Below, piece by piece: positions 1 through 18,084 of a DNA stretch of 64,000 bases. Below the pieces are notes generated by a model. That model ran no database searches, was not told where the DNA came from, and saw nothing but the letters and a program-made list of their open reading frames with translations. Position 1 is the stretch's first letter. The number at the start of each line of letters is the position of its first letter. Origin of the DNA: the human T2T-CHM13v2.0 reference genome, Homo sapiens; the NCBI RefSeq assembly GCF_009914755.1, contig NC_060947.1; one strand, 5' to 3'. A program made the position numbers and the translations under genes.

Positions 1-149
1 ATGGAGCTGGATTTCTACAAAGGACGTCCTTTGAGGAGATCCACAGCAGCAACAATCACAGAGCAGCTTGCGTTTCCTATTCTGGGGACTTGGAGCACTT
101 GATTGTAAGGAAGAAAGTGTGAGTGGGCACAAGGCTGGTGGTCACAATA

Positions 150-3100
150 AAAAGAACAACAGTAATAATATGATACTACCACTGCATGAGAGCAGTAATA
201 ACAACAACAGTAATACAATACCACCGCCGTGTGAGAGCAGTAATAACTACAACAGTAATACGATACCACCGCTGCATGAGAGCAGTCATAATCACAACAG
301 TAATATGATACTACCGCCGCATGAGAGCAACAACAGTAATATGATACTACTGCCGCATGAGAGCAGTAATAACAACAGTAATATGATACTACCACTACAT
401 GAGAGCAGTCATAATCACAACAGTAACATGACACCACCGCCGCATCAGAGCAGTAATAACAACAACAGTAATATGATACTACCGCCGCATGAGAGCAGTA
501 ATAACAACACTAATATGATACTACCACTACATGAGAGCAGTCATAATCACAACAGTAACATGACACCACCGCCGCATGAGCAGTAATAACAACAACAGTA
601 ATATGATACTACCGCCGCATGAGAGCAGTAATCACAACAGTAATATGATACTACCGCTGCATGAGAGCAGTAATAACAGTAATATGATACTACCGCCGCA
701 TGAGAGCAGTAATAACAGTAATATGATACTACCGCCGCATGAGAGCAGTAATAACAACAGTAATATGATACTACCGCCGCATGAGAGCAGTCATAATCAC
801 AACAGTAATATGATACTACCGCCGCATGGGAGCAGTAATAACAACAACAGTAATATGATACTACCGCCGCATGAGAGCAGTAATAACAACAGTAATATGA
901 TACTACCGCTGCATGAGAGCAGTAATAACAGTAATATGATACTACCGCCGCATGAGAGCAGTAATAACAACAGTAATATGATACTACCACTACATGAGAG
1001 CAGTCATAATCACAACAGTAATATGATACTACCACTACATGAGAGCAGTCATAATCACAACAGTAATATGATACTACCACTACATGAGAGCAGTCATAAT
1101 CACAACAGTAATATGATACTACCGCCGCATGGGAGCAGTAATCACAACAGTAATATGATACTACCGTTGCATGAGAGCAGTAATAACAACAACAGTAATA
1201 TGATACTACCGCCACATGAGAGCAGTAATCACAACAGTAATATGATACTACCGCCGCATGAGAGCAGTCATAATCACAACAGTAATATGATACTACCGCC
1301 ACATGAGAGCAGTAATAACAACAGTAATATGATACTACCACTACATGAGAGCAGTCATAATCACAACAGTAATATGATACTACCACTACATGAGAGCAGT
1401 CATAATCACAACAGTAATATGATACTACCACTACATGAGAGCAGTCATAATCACAACAGTAATATGATACTACCGCTGCATGAGAGCAGTAATAACAACA
1501 GTAATATGATACTACCGCCGCATGAGAGCAACAACAGTAATATGATACTACTGCCGCATGAGAGCAGTAATAACAACAGTAATATGATACTACCGCCGCA
1601 TGAGAGCAGTAATAACAACAGTAATATGATACTACCACTACATGAGAGCAGTCATAATCACAACAGTAATATGATACTACCGCCGCATGAGAGCAGTAAT
1701 CACAACAGTAATATGATACTACCGCTGCATGAGAGCAGTAATAACAGTAATATGATACTACCGCCACATGAGAGCAGTAATAACAGTAATATGATACTAC
1801 CGCCGCATGAGAGCAGTAATAACAACAGTAATATGATACTACCGCCGCATGAGAGCAGTCATAATCACAACAGTAATATGATACTACCACTACATGAGAG
1901 CAGTCATAATCACAACAGTAATATGATACTACCGCTGCATGAGAGCAGTAATAACAACAGTAATATGATACTACCGCCGCATGAGAGCAGTAATAACAGT
2001 AATATGATACTACCGCCGCATGAGAGCAGTCATAACAGTAATATGATACTACCGCCGCATGAGAGCAGTAATAACAACAGTAATATGATACTACCGCTGC
2101 ATGAGAGCAGTAATAACAACAGTAATATGATACTACCACTACATGAGAGCAGTCATAATCACAACAGTAATATGATACTACCGCCGCATGGGAGCAGTAA
2201 TCACAACAGTAATATGATACTACCGTTGCATGAGAGCAGTAATAACAACAACAGTAATATGATACTACCGCCGCATGAGAGCAGTCATAATCACAACAGT
2301 AATATGATACTACCGCCGCATGAGAGCAGTCATAATCACAACAGTAATATGATACTACCGCCACATGAGAGCAGTAATAACAACAGTAATATGATACTAC
2401 CACTACATGAGAGCAGTCATAATCACAACAGTAATATGATACTACCACTACATGAGAGCAGTCATAATCACAACAGTAATATGATACTACCACTACATGA
2501 GAGCAGTCATAATCACAACAGTAATATGATACTACCGCTGCATGAGAGCAGTAATAACAACAGTAATATGATACTACCGCCACATGAGAGCAGTAATAAT
2601 CACAACAGTAATATGATACTACCGCCGCATGAGAGCAGTAATCACAACAGTAATATGATACTACCGCCACATGAGAGCAGTAATAACAGTAATATGATAC
2701 TACCGCCACATGAGAGCAGTAATCACAACAGTAATATGATACTACCACTACATGAGAGCAGTCATAATCACAACAGTAATATGATACTACCGCTGCATGA
2801 GAGCAGTAATAACAACAGTAATATGATACTACCGCCACATGAGAGCAGTAATAATCACAACAGTAATATGATACTACCACTACATGAGAGCAGTCATAAT
2901 CACAACAGTAATATGATACTACCGCCACATGAGAGCAGTAATAACAACAGTAATATGATACTACCGCCGCATGAGAGCAGTAATAACAGTAATATGATAC
3001 TACCGCCACATGAGAGCAGTAATAACAGTAATATGATACTACCGCCACATGAGAGCAGTAATCACAACAGTAATATGATACTACCACTACATGAGAGCAG

Positions 3101-4080
3101 TCATAATCACAACAGTAATATGATACTACCGCCGCATGAGCAGTAATAACAGTAATATGATACTACCGCCGCATGAGAGCAGTAATAACAACAGTAATAT
3201 GATACTACCACTACATGAGAGCAGTAATAATCACAACAGTAACATGACACCACCGCCACATGAGAGCAGTAATAACAACAGCAATATACTACCGCCGCAT
3301 GAGAGCAGTAATAACAACAGTAGTATGATACTACCACTACATGAGAGCAGTCATAATCACAACAGTAATATGATACTACCGCCGCATGAGAGCAGTAATA
3401 ACAGTAATATGATACTACCGCCGCATGAGAGCAGTAATAACAGTAATATGATACTACCGCCGCATGAGAGCAGTAATAACAAGAGTAATATGATACCACC
3501 ACCGCATGAGAGCAGTAATAACAACAGTAATATGATACCACCGCCACATGAGAGCAGTAATAACAACAGTAATATGATACTACCACTACATGAGAGCAGT
3601 CATAATCACAACAGTAATATGATACTACCACTACATGAGAGCAGTCATAATCACAACAGTAATATGATACTACCGCCGCATGAGAGCAGTAATAACAGTA
3701 ATATGATACTACCGCCACATGAGAGCAGTCATAATCACAACAGTAATATGATACTACCGCCGCATGAGAGCAGTAATCACAACAGTAATATGATACTACC
3801 GCCACATGAGAGCAGTCATAATCACAACAGTAATATGATACTACCACTACATGAGAGCAGTCATAATCACAACAGTAATATGATACTACCACTACATGAG
3901 AGCAGTAATAACAACAGTAATATGATACTACCGCCACATGAGAGCAGTCATAATCACAACAGTAATATGATACTACCGCTGCATGAGAGCAGTAATAACA
4001 AGAGTAATATGATACCACCGCCACATGAGAGCAGTAATAACAACAGTAATATGATACTACCACCGCAGGAGAGCAGTAGT
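150..4080. repeat. Minisatellite/VNTR, ~90 copies of a 39/42/45-bp unit (AGTAATATGATACTACCGCCGCATGAGAGCAGTAATAACAAC)
   Basis: Directly visible tandem units; length variants differ by AAC/AAT/CAT triplets. Confidence 0.98.
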
Positions 4081-4108
4081 AGGAGTAATAATAAAGTTAA
4101 CAGCAGCA

Positions 4109-4940
<832 letters not shown>

Positions 4941-4964
4941 ATGTACTGACCTAAGCCAAGATGT

Positions 4965-5521
4965 GGATATTATGGGGTTTCACCCATGCTGCCATAGCAA
5001 AGTCTCACAGACTAGGTGGCTTAACCAACAGACATTGATTCTCCCACAGTCCTGGAGGCTGCAAGTCTGAGATCCAGGTGTGGGCAGGGCTGGTTCCTCC
5101 TGAGGCCTCTCTCCTTGGCTTGGAGACACTGTCTTCTCCCTGCAGCCTCACAGGGTCATCCCTCTGTGTGTGTCTGTGTCCTCACCTCCTCTTCTTATGA
5201 GATGCCTTAGTCCATTTCAGGCTGCTAACACAGAATACCATAGACTGGGTGACTTATAAACAACAGACATTGATTCTCCCACAGTCCTGGAGGCTGGAAG
5301 TCTGAGATCCAGGTATGGGCAGGGCTGGTTCCTCCTGAGGCCTCTCTCCTGGGCTTGTAGACGCCGTCTTCTCCCTGTGCCCTCACAGGGTCATCCCTCT
5401 GTGTGTGTCTGTGTCCTCACCTCTTCTTCTTATGAGATGCCTTAGTCCATTTCAGGCTGCTAACACAGAATACCATAGACTGGGTGACTTATGAGCAACA
5501 GACATTGATTCTCCCACAGTC
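4965..5521 (-). repeat. MLT1B-like LTR-derived tandem repeat, 235-bp unit, ~2.2 copies
   Basis: GACATTGATTCTCCCACAGTC at 5031, 5266 and 5501. Confidence 0.85.
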
Positions 5522-6297
5522 AAGACAGGGGAAGACCATGGAGAGGAGGGTCATGTATCTGTAACTCTTGAACATTTTATTCCAGGATCAAGTAAACGTG
5601 CCAATATTTGGGTTAGCTTTCTGCTTTTTCTCCGGCAAAACACGACAATTTACACTGCATTGAATTTAAGGATGGTTGCTTTCTCCTTGACATGCCAACA
5701 GAACAAACAGGGTCTCCGATTCTGAAATGACTCCAGATTTGGGAGACAAAGTTGTGTCAGCCAATTTCTACAGATGCTGTCTGTAGACTCTGCTTGTGCC
5801 TGCATTTGGCTTTACAGATTCAGGCTGTGTTTCTGGAGCCGCCTCGCACGTTCTCCTCTATTGAGATTATAAAATTATCAAAAGCTTGAAGGTAAATGCT
5901 CTCTGTTGACTCAACACGATTACAACTTTGTGTGTGTGTGTTTGCTGCAGTGCAGCGCACAAGTTTTATAGGACAACCTGAGCCTTCATTTCTTCAGTTT
6001 GACATTCTGAGTTTAAGACAAAGGGAATGATCACCCCGCCGTGTTCTTGGTAAAGGAAGAGTGTTAGAGCATCATGGCAGTATTCTTCCAGCCTCCAGGA
6101 AGAGAAGCTTTTAAAATGACAATTTCTGATTTGACATTTTCACTTGTAACACCCTAGAGGTATAGGCAGGTCTTGCATCTGCAAAAGGTTATTGCTGTGG
6201 AGAATTGGGAGCTGTGGTAAATGAAGTGTGACCGCCTTGCCCACAGTAAGGCAGGGAAGACAAGAGAATGTAAAAAATGTGAATACCTTGAGGAAGA

Positions 6298-6883
6298 CAG
6301 TGTGCTAATTCCTCAAGGATCTAGAACCAGAAGTACCTTTTGACCCAGCAATCCCATTACTGGGTATATACCCAAAGGATTATAAGTCATTCTACTATAA
6401 AGACTCATGCACACTTATGTTTATTGTGGCACTGTTCACAATAGCAAAAACTTGGAACCAACCCAAATGCTCATCAGTGATAGTCTGGATAAAGAAAATG
6501 TAGCACATATACACCATGGAATACTCTGCAGCCATCAAAAGGAACAAAATCATGTCCTTTGCAGGGACAGGGATGAAGCTGGAAACCATCATCCTCAGCA
6601 AACTAACACAAGAACAGAAAACCAAACACTGCATGTTCTCACTCATAAGTGGGAGTTGAACAATGAGAACACATGGACACAGGGAGGGGAACATCACACA
6701 CCAGAACCTGTCAGGGGAGGGGGGCTAGGGGAGGGATAGCATTAGGGGAAATACCTTATGTATATAATGGGTTGATGGGTGCAGCAAACCACCATGGCAC
6801 ATGTATACCTATGTAACAAAACTGCCCACGCTGCACATGTACCCCAGAACTTAAAGTATAATTTAAAAAAAAAAAGAAAAAAA
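6298..6883 (+). mobile_element. L1PA 3' end (ORF2 C-terminus + 3'UTR + polyA), 5'-truncated
   Basis: L1PA 3' consensus ending ACTTAAAGTATAAT-polyA; approximate TSD AAAAAATGTG(C)AATAC. Confidence 0.95.
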
Positions 6884-7069
6884 ATGTGCAATACTCACCA
6901 GATGATGTTCCAAGTTGTTTAGCTGCAATAGTGACTGGCTTAATGCATTAGTTTGCCCCCCTTTTTCCTTATTATTTTGTTATCCCAAAAAACCTTTCCT
7001 ACAGGGGCTAAGAATATATGGGAAATTCCAATATACCATTTCTGGGGAAACCCAAGCAAATAACAGACA

Positions 7070-7285
7070 GGGGTTATGGCCACACCGTGCTTTCTGGATA
7101 TTTGTACTATTACGAGTGGAAATGTGTCCTATGCCAAATTCATAGATTGACGTCCTAAATCTCAGTTCCTCAGACTGTGATCTTGTTTGGAAGTACATCA
7201 TTGCAGATGTAATTAATTAGTTCTGTTAGGATGAGGTCAGGCTGGAGTCAAATGGGCCCCTAATCTAATATAAATGTTGTCTTCA
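7070..7285 (+). mobile_element. MLT1 (B/C/D-like) LTR 5' part
   Basis: CCAAATTCATAGATTGACGTCCTAA...TGCAGATGTAATTAATTAG...GATGAGGTCA; the remainder appears at ~11150. Confidence 0.65.
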
Positions 7286-7460
7286 TCCATTTGAGCATCT
7301 ATCACGAGATGTCATAAATTGGGTTGGTTTGAAATAACGGGAGTTTATCACTCACAGCTCTGTTGGCTAGAATTTCAAGATCAAAGGGTGGAAGATTCAG
7401 TGTGTGGGAACGGCTTCCTGGTTCACAGACGGTGCCTTCTCACTATGCCCTTACATGGTA
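7286..7460 (-). mobile_element. MLT1A/MST-like LTR fragment
   Basis: CTTCCTGGTTCACAGACGGTGCCTTCTCACTATGCCCTTACATGG matches a MaLR LTR. Confidence 0.65.
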
Positions 7461-7464
7461 CCGC

Positions 7465-10400
7465 CTCCGCCAACAGGGAACAGATTTCAGCATGAGACCC
7501 AAACACCTCCACCCAGTCCCACCTCCATCACTGGGAACCAGATTTCAGCATGAGACCCAAACCCCTCACCCAGCCCCACCTCCATCACTGGGAACAAGAT
7601 TTCAGCATGAGACCAAACACCCTCACACAGACTCACCTCCAACAATGGGGACCAGATTTCAGCACGAGACCAAACACCCTCACCGAGCCCCACCTCCAAC
7701 ACTAGGGACCAGATTTCAACATGAGAAACAAACACCTCCATCCAGCCTCACCACTAATACGGGGGACCAGATTTCAGCATGAGACCCAAACACCCTCACC
7801 CAGCCCCACCTCCCACACTGGGAACAAGATTCCAGCATGAGACCAAACACCCTCACACAGACTCACCTCCAACAATGGGGACCAGATTTCAGCAATAGAC
7901 CCAAACACCCTCACCCAGCCCCACCTCCAAACTGGGGACCAGATTTCAGCATGAGACCCAAACACACTCACGCAGCCCCAACTCCAACACTGGGGACCAG
8001 ATTTCAGCATGAGACACACACACCTCCACCCGGCCTCACCCCCAACACTGGAGACCAGATTTCAGCATGAGACCCAAACACCCTCATCCAGACCCACCTC
8101 CAACAATGGGGACCAGATTACAGCATGAGACCCAAACACTTCCACCCAGCCCCACCGCCAACACTGGGGACCAGATTTCAGCAGGAGACCCAAACACCCT
8201 CATCCAGACCCAACTCCAACATTGGTGACCAGATTTCAGCATCAGAACCAAACACCCTCACCCAGCCCCACCCCTAACACTGGGGACAAGATTTCAGCAT
8301 GAGACCCAAACAACTCTATCCAGCCTCACCACCAACACTGGGGACCAGATTTCAGCATGACGCCTAAACACCCTCACACAGACCCACCTCCAACACTGGA
8401 GACAGATTTCAGCATGACATGCAAACATCTCGACCCAGCCCCACCTCCAACACTGGGAACCAGATTTCAGAATGAGACCCAAACACTTCCACCCAGCCCC
8501 ACCTCCAACATTGGGGAGCAGATTTCAGAATGAGACCCAAACACCTCCACCTGGCCTCACCTCCAACTTCAGGGACCAGATTTCAGCATAAGACACAAAC
8601 ACCTCCACCCAGACCCACATCAAACACTGGGAACAAGATATCAGCATGAGACCCAAACACGTCCACCCAGCCCCACCTCCAACAATGGGGACCAGATTTA
8701 AGCATGAGGCGAAAACACCCTCACCCAGACCCACCTCCAACACTGGGGACCAGATTTCCGCATGGCACCCAAACACGCTCATCCAGACCCACCTCCAACA
8801 TCGGTGAAAAGATTTCAGCATGAGACCCAAACACGCTCACCCAGCCCCACCCCTAACACTGGGAACAAGATATCAGCATGAGACCCAAACACCCTCACCC
8901 AGCCCCACCTCCAACAATGGGGACCAGATTTCAGCATGAGACCCAAACACCTCCACCTGGCCTCATCCCCAACACTGGGGACCAGATTTCAACATGAGAC
9001 GCAAACACCTCCACCTGGCCTCACCTCCAACTTCAGGGACCAGATTACAGCATGAGACCCAAACACCTCCACCCAGACCTACCTACAACACTGGGAAACA
9101 GATTTCTGCCTGAGACCCAGACACCTCCATCCAGCTTCACCACCAGCACTGGGGACCAGATTTCAGCATGAGACCCAAACACCCTCAGCCAGCCCCACCT
9201 CCAACACTGCGGACGAGATTTCAGCATGAGACCCAAACATCCTCACCCAGCCCCACCCCTAACACTTGGGACCAGATTTCAGCATGAGACCCAAACACCC
9301 TCACCCAGCACCCCCTCCAACACTGGGGATGAGATTTCAGCATGAGACCCAAACACCCTCACAGAGCCCCACCCCTAACGCTGGGGACCAGTTTTCAGCA
9401 TGAGACCCAAACACCTCCATCCAGCCTCACCACCAACACTGGGGACCAGATTTCAGCATGAGGCCCAAATACCCTCACCCAGACCCACCTCCAACACTGG
9501 GGACGAGATTTCAGCATGAGGCCCAAACACCCTCACGCAGACCCACCTCCAAAACTGGGGACCAGATTTCAGCATGAGACCCAAACACCTCCACCCAGCC
9601 TCAACACCAATACTGGAGACCAGATTTCAACATGAGACCCAAACACCTCCACCCGGCCTCAACACCAATACTGGAGACCAGATTTCAACATGAGACCCAA
9701 ACACCTCCACCCAGCCTCACATCCAATACTGGAGACCAGATTTCAGCATGAAGCCCAAACACCCTCACCCAGCCCCATCTCCAATAATGGGTACCGGATT
9801 TCATCATGAGACCCAAACGCTTCAACCCAGCCCCAACTGCAACACTGGGGAACAGATTTCAGCATGAGACACAAACACCCTCCCCAAGACCCACCTCAAA
9901 CACTGGGGACCAGATTTCAGCATGAGACCCAAACACCTTCACCCAGCACCACCCCTAACACTGGGGACCAGATTTCAGCATGAGACCCAAACACCTTCAC
10001 CCAGCACCACCCCTAACACTGGGGGCCAGATTTCAGCATGAGACCCAAACACCCTCACCCAGCCCCACCTCCAACACTGGGGACAAGATTTCAGCATGAG
10101 ACCCAAACACCCTCACCCAGCCCCACCCCTAACACTTGGGGACCAGATTTCAGCATGAGACCCAAACACCTCCATCCAGCCTCACCTCACCTGGGACCAG
10201 ATTTCAGCATGAGACCCGAACACCTCCATCCAGCTTCACCACCAACACTGGGGACCAGATTTCAGCATGAGGCCCAAATACCCTCACCCAGACCCACCTC
10301 CAACACTGGGGACCGGATTTCAGCATGAGACCCAAACACCTCCATCCAGCCTCACCACCAACACTGGGGACCAGATTTTAGCATGAGACCCAAACACCCT

Positions 10401-11095
10401 CACCCAGCCCCACCCCTAACACTTGGGACCAGATTTCAGCATGAGACCCGAACACCCTCACCCAGCACCCCCTCCAACATTGGTGACCAGATTTCAGCAT
10501 GAGACCCAAACACCCGCACCCAGCCCCACCCCTAACACTGGGGACCAGAATTCAGCATGAGACCCAAACACCTCCATCCAGACTCACCTCCAACTTTGGG
10601 GACCAGATTTCATCATGAGATCCAAACACCTCCATCCGACTGGCCTCACCTCCAACAGTTGGGGCCAGATTTCAGCATGAGACCCAAACACCTCCATCCG
10701 GCCGGCCTCACCTCCAACATTGGGGACCAGATTTCAGCGTGAGACCCAGACACCCTCACCCAGCACCCCCCCAACACTGGGGACCAGATTTCAGCATGAG
10801 AGCGAAACACCTCCATCCAGCCTCACCACCAATACTGGGGACCAGATTTCTGCATGAGACTCAAACACCTCCATGCAGCCGGCTTCACCTCCAACACTGG
10901 GGCGAGATTTCAGCATGATACCCAAACACTTCCACCTGGCCTCACCTCCAACACTGGGGCGAGATTTCAGCATGATACCCAAACACTTCCACCTGGCCTC
11001 ACCTGTAACAGTGGAGACCAGATTTCAGCATGATTCCCAAACACCTCCACCTGGCCTCACCTCCAACATCAGGGATCAGATTTCAGCATGAGATT
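7465..11095. repeat. Minisatellite/VNTR, ~62 copies of a ~58-bp unit (GGGGACCAGATTTCAGCATGAGACCCAAACACCTCCACCCAGCCCCACCTCCAACACT), MST-LTR-derived
   Basis: Tandem units; the last unit runs into the MST terminus GAGATTTGGAGAAGACAAACATGCCGACTATATCA (ends ~11123). Confidence 0.97.
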
Positions 11096-11154
11096 TGGAG
11101 AAGACAAACATGCCGACTATATCAGCCACCGCGCCTGGCCACAGATATTTAGTC

Positions 11155-11430
11155 CTTAGCAACTGGTGTCCTTATGAAAAGGGGGAAATGGGATGTGAAT
11201 GGCGAGAAGCTATGGGAACTTTGCAGTGATGCTGCCCCAAGTCAAGGAAGTAACAGATGCCAGAAAAGGCAAGGAAGGATTCCTCCCTGGATCCCTCAGA
11301 GGAAACGCAGGTCTGCAGACACCTTAATCTCAGACGTCTGGACTCCAGAACTGGGTGAATCTACACTTCTGTTATTTAAGCCACTCTGTTTTCTGTATTT
11401 TGTTAGATCTGCTCCAGCAAACTAACATTT
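11155..11430 (+). mobile_element. MLT1 LTR 3' part (further copies at ~11860-12030, ~12815-12930, ~13700-13835)
   Basis: GACACCTTAATCTCAGACGTCTGGACTCCAGAACTG...TTAAGCCAC...AGCAAACTAACA. Confidence 0.75.
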
Positions 11431-11452
11431 TATTCCTGTACCTGAACATTGA

Positions 11453-12024
<572 letters not shown>

Positions 12025-12092
12025 TAACATTTTATTCCTGCACCTGAACATTGAAACTCAGCTATGAATGAGTAGGTTCATACTGGACAGCA

Positions 12093-12390
<298 letters not shown>

Positions 12391-12977
12391 TGCAATGGAC
12401 TGTGTTTTTCTAACGTCATCCTCATAGACTCAAAGGCATCTCTCGGCCTTCAGTCCACCTGGGTGGCTCATCACAACTTTACAACCCTGCTGTCCCATCT
12501 GGGTAGAATTCCACCTGCGTTCATTCCACCAGCACGATTTTATGACCCTGCTGTCCAAAAGTATATGTACGTTAGCTTGATTTAGCTGTTCCACAATGTG
12601 TATATATATATTGCAAAATAACATAGCGTGCCATGGTAAATAAATGCCATTTAAATCTGTCAATTTCAAAACGATAAAACTTTAAATATAATAGGGCAAA
12701 TTTACCAACTGCAATAAACAAGCAAAACCTGAGGATTGGTTCACTGTAAACTGTAATAGGGTTCTTGACAGGGTAAAGGAACAGGCTGGGAGCTTCAGAG
12801 CAAGCAAAGTTCTTCAGACACTTTAAACTTTGATGTCTGGACTCCAGAACTGAGAGGGTCTACACTTCTGTTATTTCAGCCATTCAGTTTGCTGCATTTT
12901 TGTTAGATCTGTCCCAGCAAACTAACATGCATTGATCAAAAGTATTCAGGTATTTCATTCCTGCACCTGAAAATTGA

Positions 12978-13338
<361 letters not shown>

Positions 13339-13859
13339 TGCAATGGACTACGTTTTTCTAACGTCATCCTCATAGACTCAAAGGCATCTCTCGGCCTTCA
13401 GTCCACCTGGGTGGCTCATCGCAATTTTACAACCCTGCTGTCCAAAAGCGTATGTACAATAGTTTCATTTAGCTTTTCCACAATGTGTGTAGATGTTACA
13501 AAAGCACATAGTGTGCATGATAAATAAATGCAATTTAAATGTACTAATGTTAAAAGTAAAAATGTTTAAAATAATAGGGCAAATTTATCATTCCAATTTT
13601 AGTATACGTGCTGCCAAAGTGAGCATGGCAAAGTTATCAACTGCAACAAACAAACCAAATGCAAATTGTAATAGTGTCCTTGAGACAGGAAAAACGGACC
13701 CTTGGCCCTTCACTGGGAATGCAGTTCTGTGGACACCTTAATCTCAGACGTCTAGAGTGCCCTAGAACAGTGAGTCTAAATTTGTGTTGTTTAAGCCACT
13801 CTGTGGTATTTTGTTAGATTTGCCCTAGCAAACGAATATGCATGGAACAAAAACAAAGC

Positions 13860-14481
<622 letters not shown>

Positions 14482-15000
14482 GGCCAGGGCCAGTGGCTCA
14501 AGCCTGTAATCTCAGCACTTTGGGAGGCCAAGGCCGGCGGATCACCTGAGGTCAGGAGTTCGAGACAAGCCTGGCCAACATGGTGAAACCCTGTCTCTAC
14601 TAAAAATACAAAAGTTAGCCAGGCATGGTGGCGGGCACCTGTAATCCCAACTACTTGGGAGGCTGAGGCAGGAGAATCGCTTAAACCTGGGAGGTGGAGG
14701 GGCCAGGCGTGGTGCCTCATACCTGTAATCCCAGCACTTTGGGAGGCCAAGGCAGGCGGATTCACGAGGTTAGGAGTTTGAGGCCAGTTTGACCAACATG
14801 GTGAAGCCCTGTCTCTACTAAAAATACAAAAATTAGCCAGGCGTGGTGGTGCACACCTGTAATCCCAGCTACCCTGGAGGCAGGAGGAGGCAGGAGAATT
14901 GCTTGAACCTGGAAGGCGGAGGTTGCAGTGAGCTGAGATCATACCACTGCACTGCAGTCTGGGCGACAAAGTAAGAGTGTGTTTCAAAAAAAAAAAAAAA
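14482..15000 (+). mobile_element. Two fused Alus (3'-truncated 14482-14700 + full-length 14701-15000)
   Basis: First right arm ends GGAGGTGGAGG, followed directly by GGCCAGGCGTGG. Confidence 0.92.
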
Positions 15001-15284
15001 GTGAAAAAGCAATGGACTGTGAATGACATTCATATCTTAAATTCCCACACACATCGTGAAACTGGCTGCTTTCAGCTTTACGGAAAACCCAGGGAGGATG
15101 ATTTCAATGTTTAGCAAATACTGGATCAATATTGAAAACAGGGTCTACTATTTTTCCACTCACACGAGACAGTGGGTGAGACCCAGCCATTCTCCATAAG
15201 TTGGAGGCATCTGCTCTTGTTTAAACTCATATCCAAACATGGAAATATGAACTTACTTGGAAAAATGATCTTTTGGAATAAAGA

Positions 15285-15583
15285 TTATTATTATTTTTTT
15301 TTGAGACAGAGTTTCTCTCTTGTTGCCCAGGCTGGAGTGCAGTGGCATGATCTCAGCTCACTGCAACCTCCCCTTCCGGGTTCAAGCAATTCTCCTGCCT
15401 CAGCGTCCTGAGAAGCTGGCACTACAGGCACCCGCCACCATGCCCAGCTAATTTTGTATTTTTAGTAGAGACAGGGTTTTGCCATGTTGGCCAGGCTGGT
15501 CTTGAACTCCCGACCTCAGATGATCTGCTTGCCTCGGCCTCCTTAAGTGCTAGGATTACAGGCGTGAGCCACCGCGCCCAGCT
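15285..15583 (-). mobile_element. Alu
   Basis: Antisense Alu, flanked by TGGAATAAAGATTATT direct repeats. Confidence 0.95.
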
Positions 15584-15946
15584 TGGAATAAAGATTATTT
15601 ACACGTGTAAACATTCAGAATTTTTATGTAATCTTTACTAATTAGATAAGTGAACTTACTTGGGTTCCACCACACAGTAGCAGAAAAGTAGCAGAAAAGG
15701 CTCGCTTAATTGGCTAGCCCATGGACTTGGGTCCCATTCAGATTTCCAGGTGGGAGTGGGTGTGTGGTGCCCGCCAGGTCTAGGGTGGGTGGAATAACAC
15801 AGGACTGCTTTGAAAGGTCTTCAGAGAACCTATTGTTAGTTCATTCATACTTCCCAGCTCATAATGATAAATTAATTTGCTTCAATGAGGCTGAAACGAC
15901 GATATCCATGTTATCTGACGGGGTCACCATATTGAAAGTCATGCAC

Positions 15947-16640
<694 letters not shown>

Positions 16641-16860
16641 AAAGTCATACATGGTACTTAGATGGAGCTGGAGTAAGGTCACGTAACAGAACCACCTCGT
16701 TGTGACCCTTTGCAGTTCAAGTTGGTGAAAGAGCCGGCTCTGGGACTCAAAGAGGTGGCTGGGAGACAGGGAGTGAGGGATTAGGTGAGCTGATGTCTGG
16801 TCATACCCAAGGACTAGGAGGAAGACAGCGGAACGGTGGCAGCTCTCGTCTCCAATATAA

Positions 16861-17167
<307 letters not shown>

Positions 17168-18084
17168 TCCAATATAATTTTCTTACACTTGACCTTTGCC
17201 ATGGCCTCCATGGATAGAATCCAGGCTGCAACCTGGCCAGGAGGCTCTAAATGCATTCCCAAAGCCAGGGAAGTCAGAGAAACTCAAGGCAGCACGGGCC
17301 ATCTTGGCCACGTCGTCCGTTGGAGAAGGTTTTGGGCTGTAACATGTTGGAATAAATTTTAGAAAGTGCCTTCAAGAATGTTGCTGAGCTGTGTTGAACG
17401 CTGATGGAAAGTTATGCATTGTCACGTATGGGGTTCTCCAAAAGTGACAGCTCTCCGAGGAGTTGGCTTCTGTGTCCTCCAATTTAATTTTAAATTGCCC
17501 TCAGGGAGGTGCTGGGAACCTCTTTCCCTGGAGGCTGTGAGCGATGGGAGAGAAGCCATCTGTCTGCCTCGCTTGGGTGCTAGTAACACAATGCAGCTCA
17601 TCTTCCAGCTTCCAAAGCAGGATGATATACGCGTCATTCCTCACGATGTACACACCGAAGGCAAGAAAAAGAAATCCACCAAAAGACCCACTTTTACATC
17701 TTCTTATGCTTTCAAACTCAGGCATGAAGTGTCTTCACATACAGAATGGTTGTGATTCTTTTTTAATTACAACCATTTCTGTGAGAGCCTGCACAGCACA
17801 GATAAAGCCACCAGAGAGAAACATTCATGAAAATGAAACGTCGTGTTTGGAAATAATAATGGAAGAAATCAGTATGTACGTTGCCGGCTCAGGGGAGATT
17901 TACCTTGTTAATTCGACATGAAGGCCGTGAGGCAGAAATGCATTCTTAATTTAACTGTACTGTGTTTACAGATTTATGAAGATTATAGTAGTAAATGCAA
18001 ATAGGCATTGGCATGAATATGGAAAGGAGGATGTAAAATGTGATTAAAAATTACAAATGGAGAAGAAAAGGAAACAATAATCAT

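Noticed and set aside
547-3146. 846-aa and 856-aa ORFs as real genes (e.g. a keratin-associated or mucin-like protein)
   Set aside because: They lie entirely within a minisatellite, are open on both strands, have no unique domain or signal peptide, and the downstream ORF ends in an Alu; kept only as a low-probability finding
7465-11095. CRISPR-like array (constant CAGATTTCAGCATGAGAC with variable intervals)
   Set aside because: The intervals are homologous variants rather than unique spacers, there are no cas genes, and the DNA is primate LTR-derived
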